From Cyclobacteriaceae bacterium (lineage in GTDB: Bacteria > Bacteroidota > Bacteroidia > Cytophagales > Cyclobacteriaceae): DNA of 64,000 nucleotides. Below, in pieces: positions 7,679 to 17,038 of the stretch. The DNA is taken from the NCBI GenBank assembly GCA_039970095.1, contig JBDVMP010000018.1, positions 3,492 through 67,491 on the forward strand, in the 5' to 3' direction. The number at the start of each line of letters is the position of its first letter. Positions within the stretch are counted from its first letter, which is position 1. Position numbers and translations under genes: made by a program. Below the pieces are notes generated by a model, which was given only the letters and a program-made list of their open reading frames with translations, was not told where the DNA came from and did no database searches.

Positions 7679-10287
7679 TGGTCTTCTTCGGTTTGGTCTT
7701 CTTCCGCTTTGAATGGCAAGCTGATTATGAGTTTGAAGTATTTGTCTTTTTCAAAATCCATTGTGAGCCGCGCTTTCATTTCTTTGGCCAGAGTCTTTAC
7801 AAGGCTCATCCCCTGTCCTCTACCTCCGTGCTCATCGGTTTGGTCAACAGTGGAAATACCGCTTTCGTAAATCAGGTGCATAGCTTTTTTGTCGGTCAGG
7901 TTATCTGCCTCATACTGAGTCACAATTCCCTTTTGTATGGCCTGCGCTTTTATTTTATCCAGATCCAGTCCTCTGCCGTCATCCCTGTAGGTAATGCGCA
8001 GGAGATCTTTTTTGGCTTTGTCCAGGTCTATACTGATACTTCCTCTCAAGAGTTTTCCTGACTTCAACCTCACGTCTCTGTCTTCTATGCCATGTTTGAT
8101 AGAGTTTCGAATAAGCTGTAGCATCATATCCTTGAACGGCTCCACCTGATCATTTGGTAACACAAGGTTGGCTTCATTTTTAAAGAAGAAGTCAACAGGC
8201 TTATCCATTTTTTCTGATAGCACCTTGACCGACCGCTCCAGGTTATCCACTAGCATGATATTGGAAACCACATGACCACCCGTTGGGTACTTCCGGTACA
8301 CATCGGCCACTTTTCTGAGCATAGAGCTCATTTCATCAATCATCTTGTCTGCATCGTCGATTTCATATAGCACCGTGAGGAAATCCTTGCCGGTTATTTC
8401 TTTCAGCTTCAATGCTTCCAATGTGTCTTCTATCACGTGGAATTTCTCGCTCATGATATCCAGCCCAATTACCACAGCATTGGATTTTAGGCTATGTACA
8501 GTTTGGAATGTGAAATCCAAAAGCTCTTTGAGGTTGCTCTCTTTGTCGCTTTCGTATCTTTCTGAAATGCTGCGAAGTGTTCTTTTGGCATTGTAGAGGA
8601 ACCCACGAATCAGACTTGGGTCTATTTTTAGGATGCTCAGCACTTGTTCCGTTTCCTGCTTTTTCTTTTTCTCCGCCTCTTCGAGGTGCTTTTGTAGCAA
8701 TACAGACTCTGTTTCATCGGAGATTGTCACCATGATATTGCTGATGCGGTCCTTTCTCCAAATTCGGGTGAAGTTTACTCTGATGTACTTTGTAGTGACC
8801 ACACCCTCGTTTTCATTGTAAATCTTTACTTGCTCTATGGGGTTGAGTTGGTTCACCACGTCCTCATCCATATCTTCGTTGAACAAGTGGCGCATGAACA
8901 TTTCCAGAGCCTCCAGATCGCGAGGAATGATCAGCGGGCGCATGAAATTGGCGAAGTTCTCGCCCGAAATTTTATCAACACCGAAAATCTTCTCCATTGA
9001 TTTGGAGTAGAGTTTACTCATTTTGAAGTTGCGGTCAAGTAGAAAAATACCCTGATGGATATTTTTGAATACCATGATCGAAACCCTGTAGATGTTGTTG
9101 TATAGAAACTTGGCTTTGTCTCGCTCTTTTCTCAGGATGTTATGTGACTTGTTGATTTCGTCCACCATCACATTGAAAGTTTTAGCGTATTGCCCAATCT
9201 CATCTTTAGTTGGGATGCGCACTTTTTTAGACCAATCGCCCTTGGAAATACGTATGGTAAAGATTTCAAGTGTTTTCACATTGGTCAGTAGGTTGGTGAC
9301 GATGATGGACATAAGCCAGAAAGCCAGCACACCAATGATGATATCGAGCACTATGAATGACCAGAACTTTTTAAATGCTGTACTCGAAAGCTCTACTGTT
9401 CTGTTAAGGAGTCTTTCAGAAATTCTGTCTTCCACCTTTTTCAGGGAGTTGATTTTGCTGGTGGTCATTTCGTACCAGTAACCAGGCTTCACTGCGTATG
9501 CTTCGCGCAGGTGCAATTCCTGACGCAGGCGCTCTACTTCATCCACATCATGACCGGAGATTAGCCTTTCGTAGGTTTTCTGAGACTCAGAATCTGCAAT
9601 GACCAAAAAAGCGTCAGTGTATGCTTGCTGCTGTGCTACCAGGGAAGTGAACTGGGCATAAAGCTCATCGTCCATTTCTTTGCTGGAAAATGCGTGGGTT
9701 CCTATTGCCCTTTCGATGCTTGCTCTTTCTTTGGCTTTCAGGAAATAGATTAATGCATGCACTTGCTGGGCTATTTCTTTGTCCCTTGTTTCGTTGATTA
9801 GCAGATCTACACCATTTAGCGCCACGTTGTTGATATCTGAATAATAGTCCAGCACCATTTCTGCATCCAATGTTCTATCCGCTATTTTGTTGCGGATATT
9901 GGTCAGTGATTCGAACTTTGATTTTAGTAACTCAATATCATTGATATGAATGGCTGTAGCCTTGGCGGTTTCGGCGGTGTTCAGCTCTTCATAAAACCTG
10001 TTGAGTGTGCTATCCGACCTTATTTGCTGCTGCTGAAGAGACTCTAGCAGGTCTGGGTCTTCGGAGGTCACATAGCCTACTGCCATGCTTCTTTCTTTTT
10101 GCAGCTCATGCACGGAGTGGTTAATTTCCACCCCAAGCTGTAGGGTTAGGTTGAGTCTATCTGAGTCAGAGTAATCCAGATAGTTGTGCCGGATTTGCAA
10201 ATAGTCAAAGCAGATAATGATGACTATTAATGGTATGAGAACCACTGCAAATTTTACACGGATAGGCAGGTCATATAATACTCTCAT
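7675..10287 (-). CDS. Membrane-bound CheA-like ('class III') histidine kinase: TM-NIT-TM-HAMP-PAS-like-HPt-HATPase, no CheW domain
   Basis: NIT motifs HELQKERS and KERASIER; HAMP DEIGQYAKTFNVM; HPt VHSLKSNA (His598); CheA-type P4 LIRNSIKHGIE, DDGRGLD, SGIST, GRGQGMSLVK; protein ends after P4. Confidence 0.88.
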   Translation of the reverse strand: MRVLYDLPIRVKFAVVLIPLIVIIICFDYLQIRHNYLDYSDSDRLNLTLQLGVEINHSVHELQKERSMAVGYVTSEDPDLLESLQQQQIRSDSTLNRFYEELNTAETAKATAIHINDIELLKSKFESLTNIRNKIADRTLDAEMVLDYYSDINNVALNGVDLLINETRDKEIAQQVHALIYFLKAKERASIERAIGTHAFSSKEMDDELYAQFTSLVAQQQAYTDAFLVIADSESQKTYERLISGHDVDEVERLRQELHLREAYAVKPGYWYEMTTSKINSLKKVEDRISERLLNRTVELSSTAFKKFWSFIVLDIIIGVLAFWLMSIIVTNLLTNVKTLEIFTIRISKGDWSKKVRIPTKDEIGQYAKTFNVMVDEINKSHNILRKERDKAKFLYNNIYRVSIMVFKNIHQGIFLLDRNFKMSKLYSKSMEKIFGVDKISGENFANFMRPLIIPRDLEALEMFMRHLFNEDMDEDVVNQLNPIEQVKIYNENEGVVTTKYIRVNFTRIWRKDRISNIMVTISDETESVLLQKHLEEAEKKKKQETEQVLSILKIDPSLIRGFLYNAKRTLRSISERYESDKESNLKELLDFTFQTVHSLKSNAVVIGLDIMSEKFHVIEDTLEALKLKEITGKDFLTVLYEIDDADKMIDEMSSMLRKVADVYRKYPTGGHVVSNIMLVDNLERSVKVLSEKMDKPVDFFFKNEANLVLPNDQVEPFKDMMLQLIRNSIKHGIEDRDVRLKSGKLLRGSISIDLDKAKKDLLRITYRDDGRGLDLDKIKAQAIQKGIVTQYEADNLTDKKAMHLIYESGISTVDQTDEHGGRGQGMSLVKTLAKEMKARLTMDFEKDKYFKLIISLPFKAEEDQTEEDQ

Positions 10288-10315
10288 CTTAGGCTTGGTC
10301 GGTTGATGAATTCGC

Positions 10316-10684
10316 CTAGCTTTCGCTAAACACCTTGTTTACCACCTCAACTAATGCTTCTGAGGTGAAAGGTTTTACAATATAATCAGATGCTCCGAGC
10401 TCTTTGCCCTTGTTGATAACAGTTTGTTGACCAACTGCGCTGATCATGACAATTTTTGATTCCAACCCCTGATCTCTCAAGACTTTTAAGATTTCAAACC
10501 CCATCATATCCGGCAGAATGTTATCCAATGTTATCAGGTCGGGTTCGGTTTCCATGGCCAGGTCTATTGCAGACTCGCCATCTTTTGCTTCGCCTATGAC
10601 CTCATATCCGGCTTCTTCCAGAGCGGTCCTGATCAGGGATCTCATATAAATTGAATCGTCAACTATTAATACTGTATTGCTCAT
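10316..10684 (-). CDS. cheY: CheY response regulator
   Basis: LIVDDS, ITLDNILP, ISAVGQQ, IVKPF; Bacillus/Thermotoga-like SAxGQQ. Confidence 0.9.
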   Translation of the reverse strand: MSNTVLIVDDSIYMRSLIRTALEEAGYEVIGEAKDGESAIDLAMETEPDLITLDNILPDMMGFEILKVLRDQGLESKIVMISAVGQQTVINKGKELGASDYIVKPFTSEALVEVVNKVFSES

Positions 10685-10708
10685 TGTAGCGTTGTTAAAT
10701 TCTTCTCT

Positions 10709-11311
10709 TTAAACTAAGTCTTTTATTTTGTTCATAAACTCTTCGTGAAACACCCAGATAAAATCCGGAGATATATCCATTTCCATGCCTTGAAAATTTG
10801 CTTTGAAATGGATGATTGAATCAAAACCAGAGGTTTGCTTTTCCAGATATGAGTTGATATCCCGGCTGCTAATCACGTCCAGCGAAGGTACCATGCCGTA
10901 AATTTCCAATCCGAGAAAATTGGAAAACTCTGTGATCACCGCTGCGGCCATCATGTTATCCACTTCTGTGAGAAAACCCATTTTCATCATTTTACTTTCA
11001 GCGCTTTGGCTTTCTATGATGGTGGCGGGTAGGCAGGCACGGTATATTTTGTTTACCTCGTCTTCGGTGAAGATCAGGTGGCTCATTCCTTTGAGCTCTC
11101 CCATCAGGTCCGTTTTAATGAGGTGAACAGATTGCTCCGGCTCTTTTGCGAATCTGGGCAGGGCGTCTTTTATTTTATCACTGTAATCAACTTTTACCAT
11201 GGAAATGGGGCTTTGCAAAATTTGCTCCATGGACTTTTTGGCCATCGACATTCCGTCGAATACGAGCTTGGAGGCGACCTCCAGTTCGGCTTGGTTTAAT
11301 TTGTCTAGCAT
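10709..11311 (-). CDS. cheC: CheC-like phosphatase
   Basis: TEVDNMMAAA...GMVP fits E-x2-N-x22-P; located between two cheY genes. Confidence 0.8.
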   Translation of the reverse strand: MLDKLNQAELEVASKLVFDGMSMAKKSMEQILQSPISMVKVDYSDKIKDALPRFAKEPEQSVHLIKTDLMGELKGMSHLIFTEDEVNKIYRACLPATIIESQSAESKMMKMGFLTEVDNMMAAAVITEFSNFLGLEIYGMVPSLDVISSRDINSYLEKQTSGFDSIIHFKANFQGMEMDISPDFIWVFHEEFMNKIKDLV

Positions 11312-11444
11312 AGGTTGTTGGTTTGGGTTCGTAATCTCTCCATTTTGCTTGATTACGTCAAGAAAAAATGTACGAATGGGCGCGTTTTATCGGTGGACAA
11401 AGGAAATATGGATTGATCCGGCGGAAAAACATTGAGTTGATTCA

Positions 11445-11807
11445 TTATTGAAGCAAAAGCGCTAATTCTTCCAACAATTGTTCCTCTGAAAAGGGCTTAA
11501 TTAAGTATGCTTTTGCGCCGAGCGACATGGCTTCTTCTATAGCTGATTGCTGCCCTACTGCACTGATCATGATTGTGCAATGTGCTATCTTCTCCTGATT
11601 CAGAATCTGGAGTATCTGGATGCCGGTCATATCAGGCAAAATATTGTCCAGCGTTATGATGTCAGGCTTGAGCAGGGATATTTTGTCCAGAGCCTCTTCT
11701 CCGGTTTTTGCTTCCCCAACCATCTCATAGCCGGCCTTTGCAATCGTGTTTTTAACGGACATCCGGGAATATGCCGAGTCATCTACAACTAATACTCGTG
11801 GCTTCAT
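11445..11807 (-). CDS. cheY: CheY response regulator
   Basis: LVVDDS, ITLDNILP, ISAVGQQ, LIKPF; ATGA overlap with cheR. Confidence 0.9.
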   Translation of the reverse strand: MKPRVLVVDDSAYSRMSVKNTIAKAGYEMVGEAKTGEEALDKISLLKPDIITLDNILPDMTGIQILQILNQEKIAHCTIMISAVGQQSAIEEAMSLGAKAYLIKPFSEEQLLEELALLLQ

Positions 11808-12667
11808 AGTTTGACTGTTTTGTGCTTACGATAAACCTTGGTTTTGATATCTTCTACTTTGAAGAGTTTCTTTCCAGCCTCAGGCATGATGTCATAATAG
11901 CCAATGATAAGGTAACCATCGGGCCGGAGGCAGTCGTATATCATCTGAAGGACTTTCATCTTGAGTTTTTCGTCGAAGTAGATCATTACATTTCTACAAA
12001 AGACAATGTCGTAACTGCCAGTAACCGGATCATGCACCAGGTTGTGCTTCTCGAACTGAACATTTTCTTTATACAAGGCCTTAATGGTGGCATGCTTGTG
12101 GTGAAAGTCGAAATAGTCTTCCAGTTTTCTTCCGGGAAAAAACTTTAGAAAGGGAGTGAGGTATTGCTTGATGACCTCCAGAGGGTAGTCTCCTTTGCGC
12201 GCCTTGTTCAGGGCCTTGGAACTCAGGTCTGATGCCGCCAATCTCGAGCTGGTGCGCATGTTTAGTTCTTCTAGAACAATGCCCATGGTATACACTTCCT
12301 CTCCGGTGGAGCACCCGGCATGCCATATGTTTAATGGCTGTTTTTGGAACGTGGGAAGGATTTCATCTCTGAGCTTGATCCAGACATCTGGGTTTCTAAA
12401 TAGCTCAGTCAGGTTGACGAGGAGGTCATCGATGGCGGCATTAAAAAAGACTGAGTCTTTGAGGATTCGGCCCCACAAATCAAGTGAAGACTCCATGCCA
12501 TGTTTCATCATGAGCCTGTTCACCCCGCGCTTGAGGGACTGTTTTTCATAGTTGGTAAAATCAAGGCCGTATCGGTTTTTGATGGCCACCATCAGGGCGG
12601 TCATCTCTTCGTCCGTTATGAGTTCGGCGGTTTTATGCATGTTGGCCAATGCCCCGGTCATCTTCAT
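11804..12667 (-). CDS. cheR: Chemotaxis methyltransferase CheR
   Basis: VNLTELFRNP, IWHAGCSTGEEVYT, DIVFCRNVMIYFD; ATGA overlap with cheA. Confidence 0.96.
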   Translation of the reverse strand: MKMTGALANMHKTAELITDEEMTALMVAIKNRYGLDFTNYEKQSLKRGVNRLMMKHGMESSLDLWGRILKDSVFFNAAIDDLLVNLTELFRNPDVWIKLRDEILPTFQKQPLNIWHAGCSTGEEVYTMGIVLEELNMRTSSRLAASDLSSKALNKARKGDYPLEVIKQYLTPFLKFFPGRKLEDYFDFHHKHATIKALYKENVQFEKHNLVHDPVTGSYDIVFCRNVMIYFDEKLKMKVLQMIYDCLRPDGYLIIGYYDIMPEAGKKLFKVEDIKTKVYRKHKTVKL

Positions 12668-14349
12668 TTGGTTCTCTGTAGTGCTTGTTTGTGTACCGTG
12701 TCAGTGAGTACAGTAATGTCGATTACAGGGCAAACTTTTCCACTACCTAGAATTGTAGCTCCACTGATGAGTTTGATGTTTTGCAATGGGGGAGCCAGGG
12801 GCTTTTCAATAATTTCTTTTTGCTGTAGAACTTTGTCAACGACAATTCCGGTGGTGCGATCGCCATAGGAAACGATGATTACATCAAAAGGCTTGTTTTC
12901 TCCTAGTTCAAAAGTTTTATGAAGAGCTCCCCGATAATGCGCATCTGAAAGCTGATCCATCTCTAAAAGATCCTGAAGAAAAACCAGAGAGACGGCCTCA
13001 CCCTGAAAGTCTGTTGTGAGTCCTGGGCCTAATTTTTGAATTTCACTTTTTTGACGCGTGATAACAGCTTCTGTATAGGAAAGAGCAATGGCGTATGTCT
13101 GATTTTTTATTTCGAAAAGCAAGGTTCCTTTCAGCGCCAAAGAAGCCGGAACGTGAAGTTCTATTCTTGTGCCTTCTCCCTTTGTTGTTTCGATTTTGAC
13201 CTGGCCACCTACAGACTCTACGGCCTTTTTCACCACATCCATTCCCACTCCACGACCGGAGATCTCGCTTACCTTGTCTGTGTTGGAAAAACCGGATGCA
13301 AATATGAACTGAATTACTTCCGAATCGGGGAGGCTTTCCCCGACCTGTTTTGACACCAGCTTGCGCGCGATGATTTTGGCTCTGATCGTTTCCACATCTA
13401 TCCCTGCCCCATCGTCTGTTACAGATATCACGACCCGATCTCTTTCATATGCTGCTGCCAACTCTACCTGACCATCGCTGTTTTTGGAGGCTTTTTTTCT
13501 TTTTTCGGGGCTCTCGATCCCGTGACTCACGGCATTGCGTATCAGGTGAACGAGGGAATCACCGATAATTTTTAGAATATTTCTGTCTATTTCAACATCA
13601 GTTCCTTTGAGGATCAGACTCACTTTTTTGTTTTCAACAGCCGAAGCATCGCGTAACACACGGTGAAACTTATTGAAAAGAAAGCCGACCTGAACCATAC
13701 GCACGTTCATGATGCTATACTGAAGGTTGGAGGAAATGCGCTTGAGCGCATCCAGCTCAGAAGTCCCTCTTCCGAGTTGCTCTGATAAACTGATGAGCCG
13801 ATCTCTTTCTATAATGAGCTGTCCCACTTCGTTCATCATTTCATCCATTTTTTTCACTGGCACCTGGATCACATCCGAAAACGAGATTTGGCTTTCAGGT
13901 TGTTCCTGCTCTGTTTCTTCCTCTGCGTGAGTAGTTTCTTCCTCTGCATTTTCATCTTTGGCGGCCAGTGCCTTTTGGAGAAAGAGTGTCAGGCTGGTTT
14001 TTATACCGAGATAACTCACTTTCTGGTCTGTTTCTAATGCTGTGACGAGGCTTTTGAGCTTATCGTTTGCACGAAATATCAGATTAAAAAGGTCAGCACC
14101 AAGCCGTATTTTTTCTTCCTGTATGGCGAGCATGACATCTTCTATAGTGTGGGATAGCTCTGCGATGGCATCAAAACCCATGCCCATGGCATTGCCCTTC
14201 ATGGTGTGGGTGATTCGGAAGATTTCTTTTATGGCCCGACTGTTTTTGTGGTCTTTTTCAAGGTCCACAAAAAGTTTGTCCAGGTGTTCCTGGTTGTCTT
14301 TTGCTTCGACAAGGAAGAGCTCTTTATATTCTGATTCTTTTGATTTCAC
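12664..14349 (-). CDS. cheA: Chemotaxis histidine kinase CheA (P1-P3-P4-P5, no P2)
   Basis: GTG start; HPt FRITHTMKGNA (His48); short acidic linker; P3 VPVKKMDEMMNEVGQL; P4 HLIRNAVSHGIE, DDGAGID, SGRGVGMDVV; C-terminal CheW domain. Confidence 0.96.
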   Translation of the reverse strand: MKSKESEYKELFLVEAKDNQEHLDKLFVDLEKDHKNSRAIKEIFRITHTMKGNAMGMGFDAIAELSHTIEDVMLAIQEEKIRLGADLFNLIFRANDKLKSLVTALETDQKVSYLGIKTSLTLFLQKALAAKDENAEEETTHAEEETEQEQPESQISFSDVIQVPVKKMDEMMNEVGQLIIERDRLISLSEQLGRGTSELDALKRISSNLQYSIMNVRMVQVGFLFNKFHRVLRDASAVENKKVSLILKGTDVEIDRNILKIIGDSLVHLIRNAVSHGIESPEKRKKASKNSDGQVELAAAYERDRVVISVTDDGAGIDVETIRAKIIARKLVSKQVGESLPDSEVIQFIFASGFSNTDKVSEISGRGVGMDVVKKAVESVGGQVKIETTKGEGTRIELHVPASLALKGTLLFEIKNQTYAIALSYTEAVITRQKSEIQKLGPGLTTDFQGEAVSLVFLQDLLEMDQLSDAHYRGALHKTFELGENKPFDVIIVSYGDRTTGIVVDKVLQQKEIIEKPLAPPLQNIKLISGATILGSGKVCPVIDITVLTDTVHKQALQRTK

Positions 14350-14351
14350 GC

Positions 14352-15377
14352 TTATAAACAGTTTACCAAATAACCTCCGATTTCGTTGATGTTTAAAACC
14401 ACGGCCGCAGCACCCTTTTCCCGGGCTATTTTTGGCATGCCATAGATGATACTCGAAGCTTCATCCTGAGCAATCGTAAGGCCGCCGGCTTCTAAAATTT
14501 TGCTGAGTCCCTTTACTCCGTCTTTGCCCATGCCCGTGAGCAACACACCTATCGCTTTTTGCCCAAATGTTAATGCTACAGACTCTAAAAGGGCGTTTAT
14601 GGAAGGGTTGTTGTATTCTTTATATTCCTGACCTGAAAAACCAATAGTATATGTTTCTCCCTTCTTTTTTATAACGGTGTTGCCTTCTCCGCTGGCAATC
14701 ACGATCATGCCTGGTTTGATAACGAGACCTTCTTTACTGACTACCACATCAAGGTTGCTGAGCGAGTTGAGGCGTCTGGCAAAAGAACGAATGAAGTTGT
14801 GAGGCATGTGCTGTCCAATAACAACGGGAACGTTTAGGTTGGCCGGAAGCGAGGTGATTATTTTTTCTATGGCTGTTGGCCCACCTGTAGATGCCCCGAT
14901 GGCGATAATGTCATATTGAGGCTGGGGCTCAAATGTGTGTGTGAGCTGATTGAGACCTGCTTCTTGTATGTGAGTTGGTTTTGGCCGGGCGCCTGCTACT
15001 TTTTTTATTCTGGCGATAAGCTGTGCCTCCATTTCCCGAATCTTGGAACCACCCTTTTTTGGTTTGTTGATATAGTCAACCGCGCCGAGCCTAAGGGCAT
15101 CAAATATTGGATCCAGGTTTGTGTTGCCGACGGAGCTCAAAATCAGGATAGGGCAAGGGCAGTGTTTCATGATTTGCTCCACGGCGTAAAGCCCATCAAA
15201 ATCGCCCATGTTCATATCGAGCAGAACCAGGTCTGGTTTCAACTGTGCTGTTTGCTTTACGGCCTCCTTGCCATCTGTCGCAGTACCGATTACCTCAATT
15301 TCGTCATCTTTTGAGAGGAGGTCTCCGAGTAGGAGCCGCATAAAAGCGGAATCATCGACTACTAGTATTTTAATCAT
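14352..15377 (-). CDS. cheB: Chemotaxis methylesterase CheB (REC + esterase)
   Basis: N-terminal REC; catalytic GASTGG, QHMP, LTGMGKDG. Confidence 0.97.
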   Translation of the reverse strand: MIKILVVDDSAFMRLLLGDLLSKDDEIEVIGTATDGKEAVKQTAQLKPDLVLLDMNMGDFDGLYAVEQIMKHCPCPILILSSVGNTNLDPIFDALRLGAVDYINKPKKGGSKIREMEAQLIARIKKVAGARPKPTHIQEAGLNQLTHTFEPQPQYDIIAIGASTGGPTAIEKIITSLPANLNVPVVIGQHMPHNFIRSFARRLNSLSNLDVVVSKEGLVIKPGMIVIASGEGNTVIKKKGETYTIGFSGQEYKEYNNPSINALLESVALTFGQKAIGVLLTGMGKDGVKGLSKILEAGGLTIAQDEASSIIYGMPKIAREKGAAAVVLNINEIGGYLVNCL

Positions 15378-15383
15378 GCGCCT

Positions 15384-16115
15384 TTATCTGGTGGTTGGCG
15401 TTTTTACCTGAGATTGCATTCGGTCGCCTTCTATAAGCTCATCAATATCTATAAAAAAGGCCATTTGCCCCTCATACCTGACCACACCTTTGATATAAGT
15501 TTCTTCACGTGGTAGTTCCGTCACGGTACCTGATGCTACTTCAATATCTGAACCATTTACGCGTATGTTTCCAGGAACTTGCGGAAGCAAGATCCCCACG
15601 GTGAATCTCTCACTGGAGACAATCATGGTATATGTATAAGCAGCGCTTGGTTTCTCTAAACCGAGTTTCTGCGCCAGGTCGATTAAAATGATGCTATTGT
15701 TTCTGATAGTGGCAATACCGGGAATGTAGTCGGGTGTCCTGGGAACGGCGGTCACCTGCGGTGTTTTTACCACTTCGTTTACCTTGTTTATTTCCACAGC
15801 AAAGTCATTTCCGGAAAGGTTAAAAACCACCAGATGGGCTTTGGTGTCTGCTAGTGATGTTATTTCTGTTCTGAACTTTTGGTGAAGGGCTTCTCTTCTC
15901 AGCACTTCATCCGGAGAAATTAAACCCTCTGTCTGAGCCTTCGTTGTTTTAGGTTTTTGGCTTTGTTTCTTTTTAGCTTTTACCGTCGCTTTTGGGGCAT
16001 GCTTTGGTTCAATTAACTTTTTGGGCGCAATTTTTTTCTTCTTCTGTATTGTGGTTTTATCCTTCACCAGAGGAGGAGCCGACTTTGTTTTTTTAAGGTT
16101 GTTTCCCAGTGCCAT
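15384..16115 (-). CDS. cheW: CheW with long Lys/Pro-rich N-terminal extension
   Basis: LVVFNLSGNDFAVEINKVNEVV, TAVPRTPDYIPGIATIRN; ~65-aa basic N-terminus starting MALGNNLKK; TAATG overlap with parA. Confidence 0.88.
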   Translation of the reverse strand: MALGNNLKKTKSAPPLVKDKTTIQKKKKIAPKKLIEPKHAPKATVKAKKKQSQKPKTTKAQTEGLISPDEVLRREALHQKFRTEITSLADTKAHLVVFNLSGNDFAVEINKVNEVVKTPQVTAVPRTPDYIPGIATIRNNSIILIDLAQKLGLEKPSAAYTYTMIVSSERFTVGILLPQVPGNIRVNGSDIEVASGTVTELPREETYIKGVVRYEGQMAFFIDIDELIEGDRMQSQVKTPTTR

Positions 16116-16861
16116 TACTTTATTGTTTTCAAAAGCTCTTTGGTGAATGATCTGTAGTCCTGTGCGCTTGATGAAGACGGGGAGTAAGTAAGCACACTTT
16201 GTCCAAAAGAGGGTGCCTCAGAAGCGCGAACATTTGTTCTGATATAATTTGAAAAAATTTTGTAGGTGTAATTTTCCCTGATGTGATCCATGATTTCATT
16301 GCTGAGCTTGCGACGTTTGTCTAGCATGACCGGCAATATCCCCAAAACTGCCAGTTTGGGGTTTGAGGTGTTACGGATTTTTTCGATGGTATCTGATATG
16401 AGATCCAGACCCTGAAGGCTGAGTACCTCCATTTGCATGGGAATGATAATTTTGTCAGCACAAGTGAGTGCATTTATAGTCATGAGTGAAAGCGACGGAG
16501 GGCAATCAATCAAAATATGATCATAATCGTTTTTGACCTCATCGAGAATTCCCTGCAGGATTGACTCGCGATTGTGCTCTTCGGCAATGGCCAGCTCCAG
16601 ATCAGCGAGTGATACATCGGAAGGGGCAATATCCAGCTCTTCGCGTGATACGATTATGTCTGTTATTGCTACTTCACCCTGGATAACCTCTGCCATGCTA
16701 CTTTCGGCATGCTGTATGCCCAAAGAATATCCCAAGCTTCCCTGAGCATCCATATCTACAAGCAAAACACGTTTTTTGGATTCACTCAGTCCTCGACCAA
16801 GGTTGATTGTCGTGGTGGTTTTTCCAGTTCCTCCTTTTTGGTTGACAATTGCTATGATCAT
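16115..16861 (-). CDS. parA: ParA/Soj-family ATPase within the che operon (ParC/PpfA-like role inferred)
   Basis: Deviant Walker A NQKGGTGKTT, LVDMDAQG, LIDCPPSL, SEAPSFG. Confidence 0.92.
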   Translation of the reverse strand: MIIAIVNQKGGTGKTTTTINLGRGLSESKKRVLLVDMDAQGSLGYSLGIQHAESSMAEVIQGEVAITDIIVSREELDIAPSDVSLADLELAIAEEHNRESILQGILDEVKNDYDHILIDCPPSLSLMTINALTCADKIIIPMQMEVLSLQGLDLISDTIEKIRNTSNPKLAVLGILPVMLDKRRKLSNEIMDHIRENYTYKIFSNYIRTNVRASEAPSFGQSVLTYSPSSSSAQDYRSFTKELLKTIK

Positions 16862-17038
16862 GAGAAAGTTTGCACCGCTTAGTTAGGTTAAACTTAAAGA
16901 GTTCTTGATTGAATTTTAAAATAAATTCGTTCAATACGCTCTGGCCATGGGTGTGCTGGCAGAAAAACGGATGATCTGGAATTTGGAATGTTGGTTGTGC
17001 CCTTTATACAGATTAAAATGAAGGTTTTTGAAATCGTT

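Noticed and set aside
16115-16861. parA as a sign of a plasmid, prophage or chromosome-partition locus
   Set aside because: No parB, parS-like palindrome, integrase or phage genes; it is translationally coupled to cheW
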